From a bacterium (GTDB taxonomy: Bacteria > Patescibacteriota > Andersenbacteria > UBA10190 > CAIZMI01): 64,000 nucleotides of DNA. The stretch is taken from NCBI GenBank assembly GCA_030647555.1, contig JAUSJG010000008.1, positions 65,467-129,466 of the forward strand, given 5' to 3'. Of the stretch, positions 48,107-56,475 are shown piece after piece (the stretch's first letter is position 1; each line of letters opens with the position of its first letter). A program made the translations under genes and the position numbers. The notes beneath the pieces were generated by a model. That model searched no databases. It was not told the DNA's origin and saw nothing but the letters and a program-made list of their open reading frames with translations.

Positions 48107-49041
48107 ATGTTGTTTTTATACCATAATAATGTTTTCTTGAGACCACTCTCAAAATTTATCTTTGGCGCATAGTTTAAGTATTTATTTGCTTTGGAGATGT
48201 CGGCAAATGAGCGGGGGGTGTCTCCTTGTCGTTGGGGTTTTTGGGTTGGCTTAATATTCTTTTTCAAATCTTTCTGAATCTGGTTGTGAAGTTGTTGGAT
48301 GGATGTATTTTGTCCCGCGGCGATGTTATACACTTCGCCGAAGATTGCTTTGGGTGATGTGGAGGCTTTGATATTGGCTTGAACGACGTTTGCAATATAC
48401 GTGAAGTCGCGGCTTTGTTTGCCGGTGCCATGGATTTCGGATGGACGGTCGTTCAATGCGTTTTTCACAAAAATTGGAATCACGGCCGCGTAACTGTCGT
48501 CTGGGTTTTGATACGGGCCAAAGACATTGAAATAGCGGAGTGAAATTGTTTTGAGACCGAAGATCTTGTAGAACAAACGGCAGTATTCCTCGCCGGTTAA
48601 TTTTGTTAGGGCGTATGGTGATTCCGGTTTTGGCGGGAGGGTTTCAATATTTTTTTTGTTGCCAATTAAGCCGTAGACCGAAGAAGACGATGCAAATACA
48701 AAACGTTTTACTTTTGCGTCACGGGAGGCAACCAAAAGATTAAGTGTACCAGTGATGTTGGTTTCGTTAACGGCTTGTGGATCTTTGACTGATTGGTAAA
48801 CACCGCGGAGTGCCGCTTGGTGCAATACGTAATCAACACCGGTTACCGCTTTTTTAACCGTCTCAAAATTTCGGATATCACCATTAATAAATTCGACCTT
48901 ATCCTTAATATCCTCGAGGTTGGAAAGACGGCCGGAAAATAGATTATCCAGGATAATTACTTTGTGTTTCTTTTTTACGAGTTCGCGAGCGATATTACTG
49001 CCGATAAAGCCGGCACCACCGGTGATTAGGTATTTGGCCAT
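48103..49041 (-). CDS. UDP-sugar 4-epimerase, TviC/WbpP-like (SDR)
   Basis: 'ITGGAGFIGSNIAREL' Rossmann motif and 'YALTKLTGE' YxxxK. It is directly coupled to the dehydrogenase, the classic WbpO/WbpP or TviB/TviC pair. Confidence 0.7.
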   Translation of the reverse strand: MAKYLITGGAGFIGSNIARELVKKKHKVIILDNLFSGRLSNLEDIKDKVEFINGDIRNFETVKKAVTGVDYVLHQAALRGVYQSVKDPQAVNETNITGTLNLLVASRDAKVKRFVFASSSSVYGLIGNKKNIETLPPKPESPYALTKLTGEEYCRLFYKIFGLKTISLRYFNVFGPYQNPDDSYAAVIPIFVKNALNDRPSEIHGTGKQSRDFTYIANVVQANIKASTSPKAIFGEVYNIAAGQNTSIQQLHNQIQKDLKKNIKPTQKPQRQGDTPRSFADISKANKYLNYAPKINFESGLKKTLLWYKNNI

Positions 49042-49181
49042 CCCAGTATATCAACTGCCAATACAAGCGATTTCGAATCGCTTGTAAATGACGTTGATTA
49101 GGTTTGGTGAATTATTGGGCATGGGTGTCGTATAAGGAAATAGTTTAGTTATCGAAACTAATTGGCAGTTGTATTACTGGG
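49042..49181. repeat. 140-bp element bounded by 20-bp inverted arms (CCCAGTATATCAACTGCCAA ... TTGGCAGTTGTATTACTGGG) with central perfect hairpin CAAGCGATTtcgAATCGCTTG; second copy at 52196-52340
   Basis: The arms and the central palindrome (49064-49084) are seen directly. The element sits in the divergent promoter region between the epimerase (start 49041) and 49353..50519. It could be an operator pair or a MITE-like element. Confidence 0.5.
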
Positions 49182-49352
49182 CATAACGTCAATAATATGG
49201 GGAGGCGCGTAAGTTGTCCATTGTCAGTTTCATGCGCTTGTGCAATGAATAAAAAGTGGATTAGATTTGATCTCTGTTGCTTGGTGGACGAAAATAATGG
49301 TGTGAAAATTTTTTGACTTATTCTGTAAATTGCAATCAAATAGTCGAATACA

Positions 49353-50519
49353 ATGGGAAATAAATTATTCATTCTAATGCAAAAACACAAAGTAGTTCTT
49401 GTTATTTGTATTGTTTGGCTAATGATTCAGTTCACACTTTTTCATTTTTTGGGCGTAGCTTACGGGAGTGATTCTACTAGATATATTGATGCGGCTAATC
49501 ATCTTGTTCATGAACGAGTTATTCCACAAGGAATGGCTTCCGCATATATGGGATATAATTTGTTTGTTGCAATAATATATTCATTTGATTTGGGGGACAG
49601 TGAAGTGGTGTTTGTTCAGGTGGTATTAGTTTTAATTTCTGCTCTTTGTTTGTATCACATTACTTTTTCTTTATGTAAAAATAGATTAGCTGCTTTTTGT
49701 TCCGCTATTCTATATCTTTGTCTTCTGGATATTCATACTTGGGATTTCTATATTTTGACCGATTCATTTTTTTCAAGTATGACCATTATTTCTCTTTACT
49801 TAATTTTGCGTTTTAAAAACTTTTATCAATTATTCTATGTAATTCCGATTGTACTTTGGACTGCTTTTATTAGGCCAACAGGTTTTGTTTTGTTGATTTC
49901 ATTGATAATTTATGGGGCGCTATATTTATGGAACAATAAAAGATATGGAATTCTTTTGTTGTTGATTGGATTATCTGTATTGAGTGCACCAATTTCGTTT
50001 CATGTGGTTGATAGTATGGCTAATAAAATGGGGGTTGTGGACACTTTTTTAAAGGGTGAGATCATTTGGGGATACAGTGAAAAAAGTGTTTCTGTGCCAC
50101 AAAATATCCAAATTAATAATTATTTCGAACGGAACTCATTGTTTGAAATACTGCTTTTTGTTAAGAATAATTTCATTTTTGTAATCAAATTGGCAGGAAT
50201 GAAGTTATTTTATTTTTTATTGCATGTAAAACCGTTTTATTCAAACGCTCACAACTTATTGATAGTAATTTCATATTTTCCTATTTATGTTTTTGCCGGA
50301 ATAGGTTTTTTAAGTAAAATTGATTTTTCCAAAAAAGTCTTAATTATGTCATATTTATTAGGGCAAACAATAATAGTTATGTTAACATTCGAAGATTGGG
50401 ATGGTAGGTTTCTAAGTGCAATAATGCCACTAGTAATTATTTTTGCGGCAATTGGATTGAGAGAATACTTGTATCATTTTGATAAAATCAAATTGGTTCA
50501 AAAAAGTGTCCTTAGTTGA
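49353..50519 (+). CDS. polytopic membrane protein (hypothetical; possible polymerase/GT-C-like)
   Basis: 388 aa, about 11 TM helices, AT-rich. It is the first gene of the plus-strand operon 49353->51861. Confidence 0.4.
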   Translation: MGNKLFILMQKHKVVLVICIVWLMIQFTLFHFLGVAYGSDSTRYIDAANHLVHERVIPQGMASAYMGYNLFVAIIYSFDLGDSEVVFVQVVLVLISALCLYHITFSLCKNRLAAFCSAILYLCLLDIHTWDFYILTDSFFSSMTIISLYLILRFKNFYQLFYVIPIVLWTAFIRPTGFVLLISLIIYGALYLWNNKRYGILLLLIGLSVLSAPISFHVVDSMANKMGVVDTFLKGEIIWGYSEKSVSVPQNIQINNYFERNSLFEILLFVKNNFIFVIKLAGMKLFYFLLHVKPFYSNAHNLLIVISYFPIYVFAGIGFLSKIDFSKKVLIMSYLLGQTIIVMLTFEDWDGRFLSAIMPLVIIFAAIGLREYLYHFDKIKLVQKSVLS

Positions 50520-50539
50520 TCGGTGGTTTAATGTTTTAA

Positions 50540-51286
50540 GTGGGAATAATTATGAATGAAAATTTGTGCAATAAATTCAAAAAGATCAGTATTGTGGTGC
50601 CAATATTCAATGAAGAAAAAACAATTTCCGAAATTATTAGAAAAATCGAGACAGCGGATGCTTGTGGATTAGAGAAAGAAATTATTCTAGTCGATGATGC
50701 TAGCACCGACAAAACTGTGGGAATATTGAATAATTATGTAGGCAAACACAAGGTCATACTTAATAAAATTAATCAAGGCAAAGGTGCCACACTGAAAAAC
50801 GGTTTTAGGAATGTCACTGGTGACGTGATAATCATTCAAGACGCCGATTTAGAATATTCACCCAGCGAATATCCCATTTTACTTTCGCCGATACTTGCTG
50901 GGGACGCTGATGTTGTGTACGGTTCCAGGCTTATGTCCGGGCGTCCCCATCGGGTTTTGTATTATTGGCATTATGTACTCAATAAAATATTAACGAGATT
51001 TTCAAATATTTTAACAAATATTAATTTAACGGATATGGAAACGGGTTATAAGGTCTTTTCGAGAGAGATTTTAAATGAAATATTACCGGGACTAGAGTCA
51101 AAGCGATTTGGTTTTGAGCCGGAATTTACCGCCAAAGTTGCTAAAATTGCCAAAAAAAGAAAATGTAGAATATATGAGGTTGGTATTTCATATAATGGGC
51201 GAACATATGAGGAAGGAAAAAAAATCAATTGGGTGGACGGAGTGGAGACAATTTATTGTATAATCAAATATACATTATTCAAATGA
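50540..51286 (+). CDS. GT2 glycosyltransferase, polyprenol-phosphate sugar synthase type (DPM1-like)
   Basis: 'ISIVVPIFNEE', 'ILVDDASTDKT', 'IQDADLEYSP' and 'GSRL' motifs. 248 aa. Confidence 0.8.
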   Translation: MGIIMNENLCNKFKKISIVVPIFNEEKTISEIIRKIETADACGLEKEIILVDDASTDKTVGILNNYVGKHKVILNKINQGKGATLKNGFRNVTGDVIIIQDADLEYSPSEYPILLSPILAGDADVVYGSRLMSGRPHRVLYYWHYVLNKILTRFSNILTNINLTDMETGYKVFSREILNEILPGLESKRFGFEPEFTAKVAKIAKKRKCRIYEVGISYNGRTYEEGKKINWVDGVETIYCIIKYTLFK

Positions 51287-51861
51287 GGGCTGGTTCGCAT
51301 TGTCAGGGAAAAGAGGCCTTCTTGGAGCGACCGCTTCGTTATTGTCGATTTAATAAAATAAAAAAACATATTAATAAAAACTCAAACGTTTTGGATTTGG
51401 GTTGCGGATATAATGGTGATTTTCTAAAGTATATTGAAACTGATTTGGGGGCTGGAACAGGGGTTGATATTTCCGTAAATGCGAGTAATTCGCCAAAAAT
51501 TCGTTTAGTGAGAGGAAACTTAGAAGACCAACTGTGTTTTGCAGAAAATGTTTTTGATGTTGTTGTGTCATTGGCTAATTTAGAGCATTTATCTAACCCA
51601 GAAAAAATGTTAAAGGAAATAAAAAGGGTTCTTAAGCCCGGAGGTATTTTGCTTCTTACAACCCCAAGTAAGCGCGCTAAACCCGTTCTTGAGTTTTTAT
51701 CTTTTGGACTTGGGATAATCAGTAAACAAGAAATTGCTGATCATAAGCACTACTTTGACGAAAAAAGTTTAAGAAAATATATAAATGATGCAGGGTTTTC
51801 CTATTGTCAACACAAATATTTTCAACTTTTTATGAACAATTTTGTCATTGCCCATAAATAG
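51283..51861 (+). CDS. class I SAM-dependent methyltransferase
   Basis: 'VLDLGCGYNGDF', 'FDVVVSLANLEHL' and 'PGGILLLTTP'. The ATG at 51283 overlaps the upstream TGA (ATGA). The ORF track extends to 51229. Confidence 0.7.
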   Translation: MRAGSHCQGKEAFLERPLRYCRFNKIKKHINKNSNVLDLGCGYNGDFLKYIETDLGAGTGVDISVNASNSPKIRLVRGNLEDQLCFAENVFDVVVSLANLEHLSNPEKMLKEIKRVLKPGGILLLTTPSKRAKPVLEFLSFGLGIISKQEIADHKHYFDEKSLRKYINDAGFSYCQHKYFQLFMNNFVIAHK

Positions 51862-51897
51862 ATAATAGTGGTTAAGAATATTTTATTACGCCAATCA

Positions 51898-51931
51898 GGG
51901 TCCGGCCCCGGCTGAAGCCGGTGACGGACCC
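51898..51931. repeat. REP-like palindrome GGGTCCGgccccggctgaagccggtgaCGGACCC preceded by CCAATCAG
   Basis: Same family as 4839/4896/56382/63764. A terminator-like hairpin 'CCGCCggttGGCGG + T6' follows at about 52000-52025. Confidence 0.55.
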
Positions 51932-52055
51932 TATTGTTTTGCGCGACGATGCGGATTCCCGCCATCAGGCGAGGCTCGCCCCGATGGGTGGCCCGCTTCC
52001 CGCCGGTTGGCGGAGCTAGTTTTTTGGAGGTGTGTTAAGATTCTAATATCTAATT

Positions 52056-52140
52056 ATGAAGAAAAAAATCGGGAAAAATAAAAATTTGTTAATTTATCAA
52101 GCGAAAAATGGCGCCATTGAGTTGCGTGGTGATTTTTCAC
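52056..52140 (+). pseudogene. 5' fragment (28 codons) of a RhuM-family gene, truncated at a rearrangement junction
   Basis: 'MKKKIGKNKNLLIYQAKNGAIELRGDFS'. The DNA is near-identical to the start of the RhuM-like gene at 63858, and 52019-52140 corresponds to 63828-63950. It is abruptly joined at 52141 to an inverted epimerase gene fragment. Confidence 0.6.
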
Positions 52141-52203
52141 AAGTTCGCGAGCGATATTACTGCCGATAAAGCCGGCGCCACCAATGATTAAGTATTTGGC
52201 CAT
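52141..52203 (-). pseudogene. 5' fragment (21 codons, 'MAKYLIIGGAGFIGSNIAREL') of a TviC/WbpP-like epimerase gene plus its upstream region; duplicate of 48981-49203
   Basis: About 85-90% identical to 48981-49041 by eye. The duplication continues through the inverted-arm element to about 52363. Confidence 0.55.
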
Positions 52204-52340
52204 CCTTGGTATATCAACTGCCAATACAAGCGATTTCGAATCGCTTGCAAAAGAGGTGGATTAGATTAAGTAAATTATTGGGCATTGGCTTATAGTGTGG
52301 AGGGTTGATTTACTATGAATAAATTGGCAGTTGTATTACT
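52196..52340. repeat. Second copy of the 140-bp inverted-arm element (CCTTGGTATATCAACTGCCAA ... TTGGCAGTTGTATTACTGGG) with central CAAGCGATTtcgAATCGCTTG hairpin
   Basis: Direct comparison with 49042-49181. Confidence 0.55.
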
Positions 52341-52475
52341 GGGCATGAAGTGAATATTGTGGGGAATTGGGGTGGGTGTCTAGGCACGGTTGGTCCGTTC
52401 TAGCCAAAGGGTTCTATAAAACAGACGTCGTCATTGCGAGAAGCCGAAGCGACGAAGCAATCTCCTCACGATATA

Positions 52476-52543
52476 CGGGAGATTGCTTTATCGACAACCC
52501 TCGCAGGGTCTGCCTCGCCTCGGGCGATGGCTCGCAAAGACAC
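52476..52543 (+). repeat. Left 68-bp inverted repeat flanking the RhuM gene (GGGAGATTGCTTTATCGACAACCCTCGCAGGGTCTGCCTCGCCTCGGGCGATGGCTCGCAAAGACACG), preceded by an 11-nt foldback copy (AAGCAATCTCC, 52454-52464)
   Basis: Its reverse complement recurs at 53794-53859, about 94% identical by eye. The small ORFs 52434..52658 and 53684..53869 are just translations of these repeats. Confidence 0.7.
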
Positions 52544-52662
52544 GAAAAGAGACAGAACAGGCCAACCGTGCCCTCGTCCAGAGTCCGTCGCCTCCAAAAA
52601 AACATCCGCAACACGCCTCTTGCAAACAAAACACGAACGATTTATAATTATTTCATAAACAT

Positions 52663-53700
52663 ATGAAAAACAATAAGCGAAAAAATATCCCAAATAACAG
52701 TTTTACGGAATTTATTCTCTATACTACGCCGAATGGTAACGTAAAAGTTGAAATATTTTTACGAAATGAAAATATCTGGCTGACGCAAGACAAGATTGCT
52801 TTATTGTTTGGTACGCAAAGACCGGCGATTACCAAGCATTTGAACAATATTTTCGAGAGTGGTGAGTTAAGAGAAAATTCAGTTAGTTCCATTTTGGAAC
52901 ATACTGCCAATGACGGAAAAATATACAAGACAAAGTTTTATAATCTCGATGCGATTCTTTCGGTTGGATATCGGGTAAATAGTAAACAGGCGACACAATT
53001 TCGGATTTGGGCGACAGAACGACTGAAAGAATACATCATCAAGGGCTTTACGATGGATGATGAGCGATTGAAAACTCCCAACTACACTTTTGGCCAGGAT
53101 TATTTTGAAGAGCAACTGGCTCGTATCGCGGACATCCGCAGTAGCGAGCGTCGATTTTACCAAAAAATCACCGATATTTACGCGCAGTGCAGTGTGGACT
53201 ATGACAAAAATAGCACTGAAGCTCAACATTTTTTTGCCACCGTACAAAATAAATTACACTTCGCCATTTCAGGTAGCACGGCTGCAGAAATCATTACCGG
53301 TCGCGTAAGTAGTGCTAAGCCAAATATCGGTCTCACTAACTGGAAAAATAGTCCGCAAGGCGCAATTCGTAAAACTGATGTGGTAATTGCTAAAAATTAT
53401 CTAGATGAAGAAGAGCTCGCGGGTCTCAATAATATAGTTGAGCAATATCTTATCTTTGCTGAGTCGCAAGCGAAGCGTAAGCAAGCAATGTTCATGCTGG
53501 ATTGGGATAAAAAGTTAAGTGAATTTTTAAAACTCAATGATCGTAATATCTTGGGGGATTTGGGTAAGGTAAGTCATGCAGTGGCTGAAGTTTTGGCGCT
53601 GGGAGAATACGAAAAATTCAGAATAGAACAAGACAAAAACTACGTCTCCGACTTCGACCGCGAAGTAAAAAAGTTATTGGAAATCAAAAAGAAAAAATAG
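52663..53700 (+). CDS. RhuM-family protein (virulence protein RhuM family, PF13310-like), complete, 345 aa
   Basis: 'IWLTQDKIALLFGTQRPAITKHL', 'YNLDAILSVGYRVNSKQATQFRIWATERLKEYIIKGFTMDDERLK' match the RhuM family signature closely. Confidence 0.8.
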   Translation: MKNNKRKNIPNNSFTEFILYTTPNGNVKVEIFLRNENIWLTQDKIALLFGTQRPAITKHLNNIFESGELRENSVSSILEHTANDGKIYKTKFYNLDAILSVGYRVNSKQATQFRIWATERLKEYIIKGFTMDDERLKTPNYTFGQDYFEEQLARIADIRSSERRFYQKITDIYAQCSVDYDKNSTEAQHFFATVQNKLHFAISGSTAAEIITGRVSSAKPNIGLTNWKNSPQGAIRKTDVVIAKNYLDEEELAGLNNIVEQYLIFAESQAKRKQAMFMLDWDKKLSEFLKLNDRNILGDLGKVSHAVAEVLALGEYEKFRIEQDKNYVSDFDREVKKLLEIKKKK

Positions 53701-53793
53701 TCGCATATCGGTGTGGTTTCATCCTGATATGAGGGAGGGAATACGACGGGTTATACGCAAAACATAGTTCTGTAAGAAGGTTGTAAAAGATTA

Positions 53794-53859
53794 CGTCTTT
53801 GCGAGCCAACGCCCGAGGCGAGGCAGACCCTGCGAGGGTTACCGATAAAGCAATCTCCC
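53794..53859 (-). repeat. Right inverted repeat flanking the RhuM gene (reverse complement of 52476-52543)
   Basis: CGTCTTTGCGAGCCAACGCCCGAGGCGAGGCAGACCCTGCGAGGGTTACCGATAAAGCAATCTCCC. Confidence 0.7.
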
Positions 53860-53978
53860 GACTGTTCATAAAATAAGACGGCGTTTATCGGCCATCTTTT
53901 AGATGTGTGAGTAGCCATTGTCGTTTTCATAGTCGTATCTGATTTGGTTTGTAAAATAATTAGCGGTATAATTTAAGT

Positions 53979-54287
53979 ATGATTGTGGATATGTTGTTGA
54001 GGGTATTTGGTGTTGATCCTAGTCAGTTTCAACACAATAGTGATAAGTGGGTTAGTTTGTCGATATATTTTGCAGATGTAGTTTATCTTATTCTTCCTTA
54101 TGTTTTGTTTTTAATCCCGTGGGTCTGGCTTGGAGTAAGAATGTGGAAGAAAAAAACAACAAATCGGAGCACTATTATTAAGGTTATCGTGGTCAGTTTA
54201 TTTTTACTTGGTATTGGTTTTATTCTTCCGGGAATAATTGAATACGTTTTTGCAGTATTAGCCATTCGTAGTTATTATGGCATGTAA
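53979..54287 (+). CDS. small two-TM membrane protein (hypothetical), translationally coupled to the downstream secreted protein
   Basis: 102 aa. A -10-like TATAAT at 53967-53972 lies 6 nt upstream of the ATG, suggesting a leaderless mRNA. A paralogous N-terminus is present at 62414. Confidence 0.5.
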   Translation: MIVDMLLRVFGVDPSQFQHNSDKWVSLSIYFADVVYLILPYVLFLIPWVWLGVRMWKKKTTNRSTIIKVIVVSLFLLGIGFILPGIIEYVFAVLAIRSYYGM

Positions 54288-56364
54288 AAAGTTAAACTTT
54301 GTGTTTTTTGCATTATTAAGTTTTAGTTTTTTCTTTACTTCTTCTTTCGCTTTTGCTACAGAAATTCAACGTCCGGTTATAATAGTTCCCGGCATGTTGG
54401 CTTCCTTTAATAAACCATTAATGAATGAGGACAAAAGTGGTGGTAAGTGGGGATTTGTATTTGGTGGAAATTACTATAAGGATTTAATAAAACTACTGAA
54501 GAAAAATGGTTACGAAGAAGGAAAAACCCTCTTTATTGCTTATTATGATTGGCGTAAATCTGCGGAAGATTCAGCCAAAAACTATCTTGTTCCGATTGTC
54601 AAAGAAGCGAAAGAAAAAAGTGGCAAAAATAAGGTTGATATTATTGCGCACAGCATGGGTGGTCTTGTAAGTCGCAGTTACATTCAGAGTAGCGGCTATG
54701 GTTATGATGTTTTACGATTGGTTATGCTAGGCACTCCAAATCTTGGTGCAGGGAGTGCTTATGTGGCTTGGGAAGGTGGGGAATATCCGAACGACTGGAA
54801 CTTTTTTGTTCAAAGATACGTAGGTACCATTGAAAAAAATCTCAAAAAAACTCATAACAAAAAAGATCTCACTCGCCCGCAGACTTTCCGCGAGTTCTTT
54901 CCCGGACTAAAAGACCTTCTGCCAATTTACTCGTTTACGAAAAAGGACGGTGTAGCAGTGACTGCCTGGGATCGAAAAGAGCAAAATACGTTTCTTAATT
55001 CCTTGAGCAATGGTCGTAATCTTCTGAAGAGTCGAGATGTTGAAGTTACGACAATTAGCGGGGCGGAAATAAACACTCTTGATAAAATTTATCTAACAAA
55101 GGAAAGTGATGATGATAAAACAAATCTTCGTTGGCGCGATGGAAAACCGATTGATTCCACAAGCTACATTAATACCGCAAAAGGTGATAAAACTGTTTTG
55201 TTTTCGAGTGCATCTTTGGAAAGTATCGAGCCATCTATGTACAAGGCTGTAAATGTCGAACACGTTGATTTGCCAAACTTCGCGCGAGAGGAAGTGTATA
55301 AAATCGTCAGTGCGCCCAAAGACGATGATTTTGTGTTAGTGTTTTTCGAGTTAAGTAAAAAGTATTTTGCTAATATATTCTCATCTTTTACGGCCAGGGC
55401 AGAGGATGATGGTATTTTATTGGCCGGTGGAATTGAAAGTGCGTCCTCAATCCCTGCACCGGAAAGTTATGAGCCTTACGTGGAACCCGATTCAGTTTTA
55501 GGTTTTACTGTTTCTCCGAACGTGACGTTTGAAATTATTGATCCAGATGGAAAAATACTTTCGCGTGATAAGAATGATCTTGGTGAAGACAATGCCAATT
55601 TTGATGATGATCCTACAGATAATGAAGATATTATCCTTGTGACCATTCGTAATCCAAAAGTGGGGAAGTATACTCTGAAAATTACCGGCAATACGTCCGG
55701 AGATTATTATGTTGATTCAACTTATGTGAATGATAATGGTGTATTTGATGATGAAAACACGGGAACTATTAAAGAAGGCGAAGAAAAGACACTGGAGGCT
55801 ACCGTTTCGGAAACCACTGGAGTGAATTTACCGTCGAGTGAAACCGATAAAGGTTCGGATGATACAACCACGACGGACGATAATAATACAACGGAAAATA
55901 AAACTGGTGATTCATCTGGTGCTAATACTTTCCGCCATCAGGCGGACCCGCCGTCGTGGCGGGCAAAAAATGTTCAAGGTTCGGTGCTGGGGACGGCGAC
56001 GGTGCGGGTGAAATTGTCCGCACTTATTTTTGGGGTTAAAGAACGACTGACGCGGGAGATTGCTTCGGCGCCAACGGCGCCTCGCAAAGACGAACGGCGT
56101 ATTGGCGACGCACTGAAGAAGAAGGATTATATTTTATTGATTGGGCCGGTGAATGAAATGCTTTCGCGGGCGCGGGCTTATGAAACGGCTTTGGCAACTA
56201 AGAAGGCAAAAGTTGCCGCGAAATTATTGCAGGAAATAAAAGGCGATTATGGTGATTTTGTTAACAAGGTTGAGAAATTAATTGCCACTGGGAAATTGAA
56301 TCAACAAACCGTGAATGTTTTGACGACCTTGGTGCAACGGTTGGGGAACGCGGGATTGCGGTGA
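54277..56364 (+). CDS. secreted lipase/esterase-like alpha/beta-hydrolase (AHSMGG motif) fused to a PPC-like beta domain and a C-terminal Lys-rich helical domain
   Basis: Signal peptide 'LLSFSFFFTSSFAFA'. 'VDIIAHSMGGLVSRSY' matches the GxSxG lipase motif, as in Bacillus LipA (AHSMGG). 'GKYTLKITGNTSGDYYVDSTYVND' resembles a pre-peptidase C-terminal domain. The C-terminal ~150 aa are GC-rich. Confidence 0.55.
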   Translation: MACKKLNFVFFALLSFSFFFTSSFAFATEIQRPVIIVPGMLASFNKPLMNEDKSGGKWGFVFGGNYYKDLIKLLKKNGYEEGKTLFIAYYDWRKSAEDSAKNYLVPIVKEAKEKSGKNKVDIIAHSMGGLVSRSYIQSSGYGYDVLRLVMLGTPNLGAGSAYVAWEGGEYPNDWNFFVQRYVGTIEKNLKKTHNKKDLTRPQTFREFFPGLKDLLPIYSFTKKDGVAVTAWDRKEQNTFLNSLSNGRNLLKSRDVEVTTISGAEINTLDKIYLTKESDDDKTNLRWRDGKPIDSTSYINTAKGDKTVLFSSASLESIEPSMYKAVNVEHVDLPNFAREEVYKIVSAPKDDDFVLVFFELSKKYFANIFSSFTARAEDDGILLAGGIESASSIPAPESYEPYVEPDSVLGFTVSPNVTFEIIDPDGKILSRDKNDLGEDNANFDDDPTDNEDIILVTIRNPKVGKYTLKITGNTSGDYYVDSTYVNDNGVFDDENTGTIKEGEEKTLEATVSETTGVNLPSSETDKGSDDTTTTDDNNTTENKTGDSSGANTFRHQADPPSWRAKNVQGSVLGTATVRVKLSALIFGVKERLTREIASAPTAPRKDERRIGDALKKKDYILLIGPVNEMLSRARAYETALATKKAKVAAKLLQEIKGDYGDFVNKVEKLIATGKLNQQTVNVLTTLVQRLGNAGLR

Positions 56365-56381
56365 GGACGACGGATGCCGAT

Positions 56382-56416
56382 CAGGGTCCGACCCTGGCGT
56401 GCAGGGACGGACCCTC
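56382..56416. repeat. Two adjacent REP-like palindromes CAGGGTCCGACCCTG and CAGGGACGGACCCTC, flanked by a 30-nt direct duplication of the gene's 3' end (56341-56372 and 56432-56463)
   Basis: Seen directly. The duplicated block 'GGTTGGGGAACGCGGG.TTGCGGTGAGGA' also ends the paralog at 63596-63627. Confidence 0.6.
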
Positions 56417-56475
56417 TACGACTTACGCAGCGGTTGGGGAACGCGGGGTTGCGGTGAGGACAGAATCCCTCCTCG

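Noticed and set aside
49042-49181. Confident call as a MITE
   Set aside because: The second copy (52196-52340) is embedded in a larger segmental duplication that also includes 60 bp of coding sequence. Two copies therefore do not prove independent transposition. It is reported as a repeat or operator candidate only.
52434-52658. Small ORFs 52434..52658 (+), 52466..52693 (-), 52414..52629 (-), 53684..53869 (-)
   Set aside because: They lie entirely within the inverted repeats around RhuM. The shared peptide 'IALS.TLAGSASPRA.ARKD' is just the same repeat read on both strands, so this is not evidence of coding.
52476-53859. Integron attC sites flanking the RhuM cassette
   Set aside because: An attC site is individually palindromic with a GTTRRRY core. 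Here the two flanks are copies of one another in inverted orientation, not internally palindromic, and no integrase or attI is nearby.
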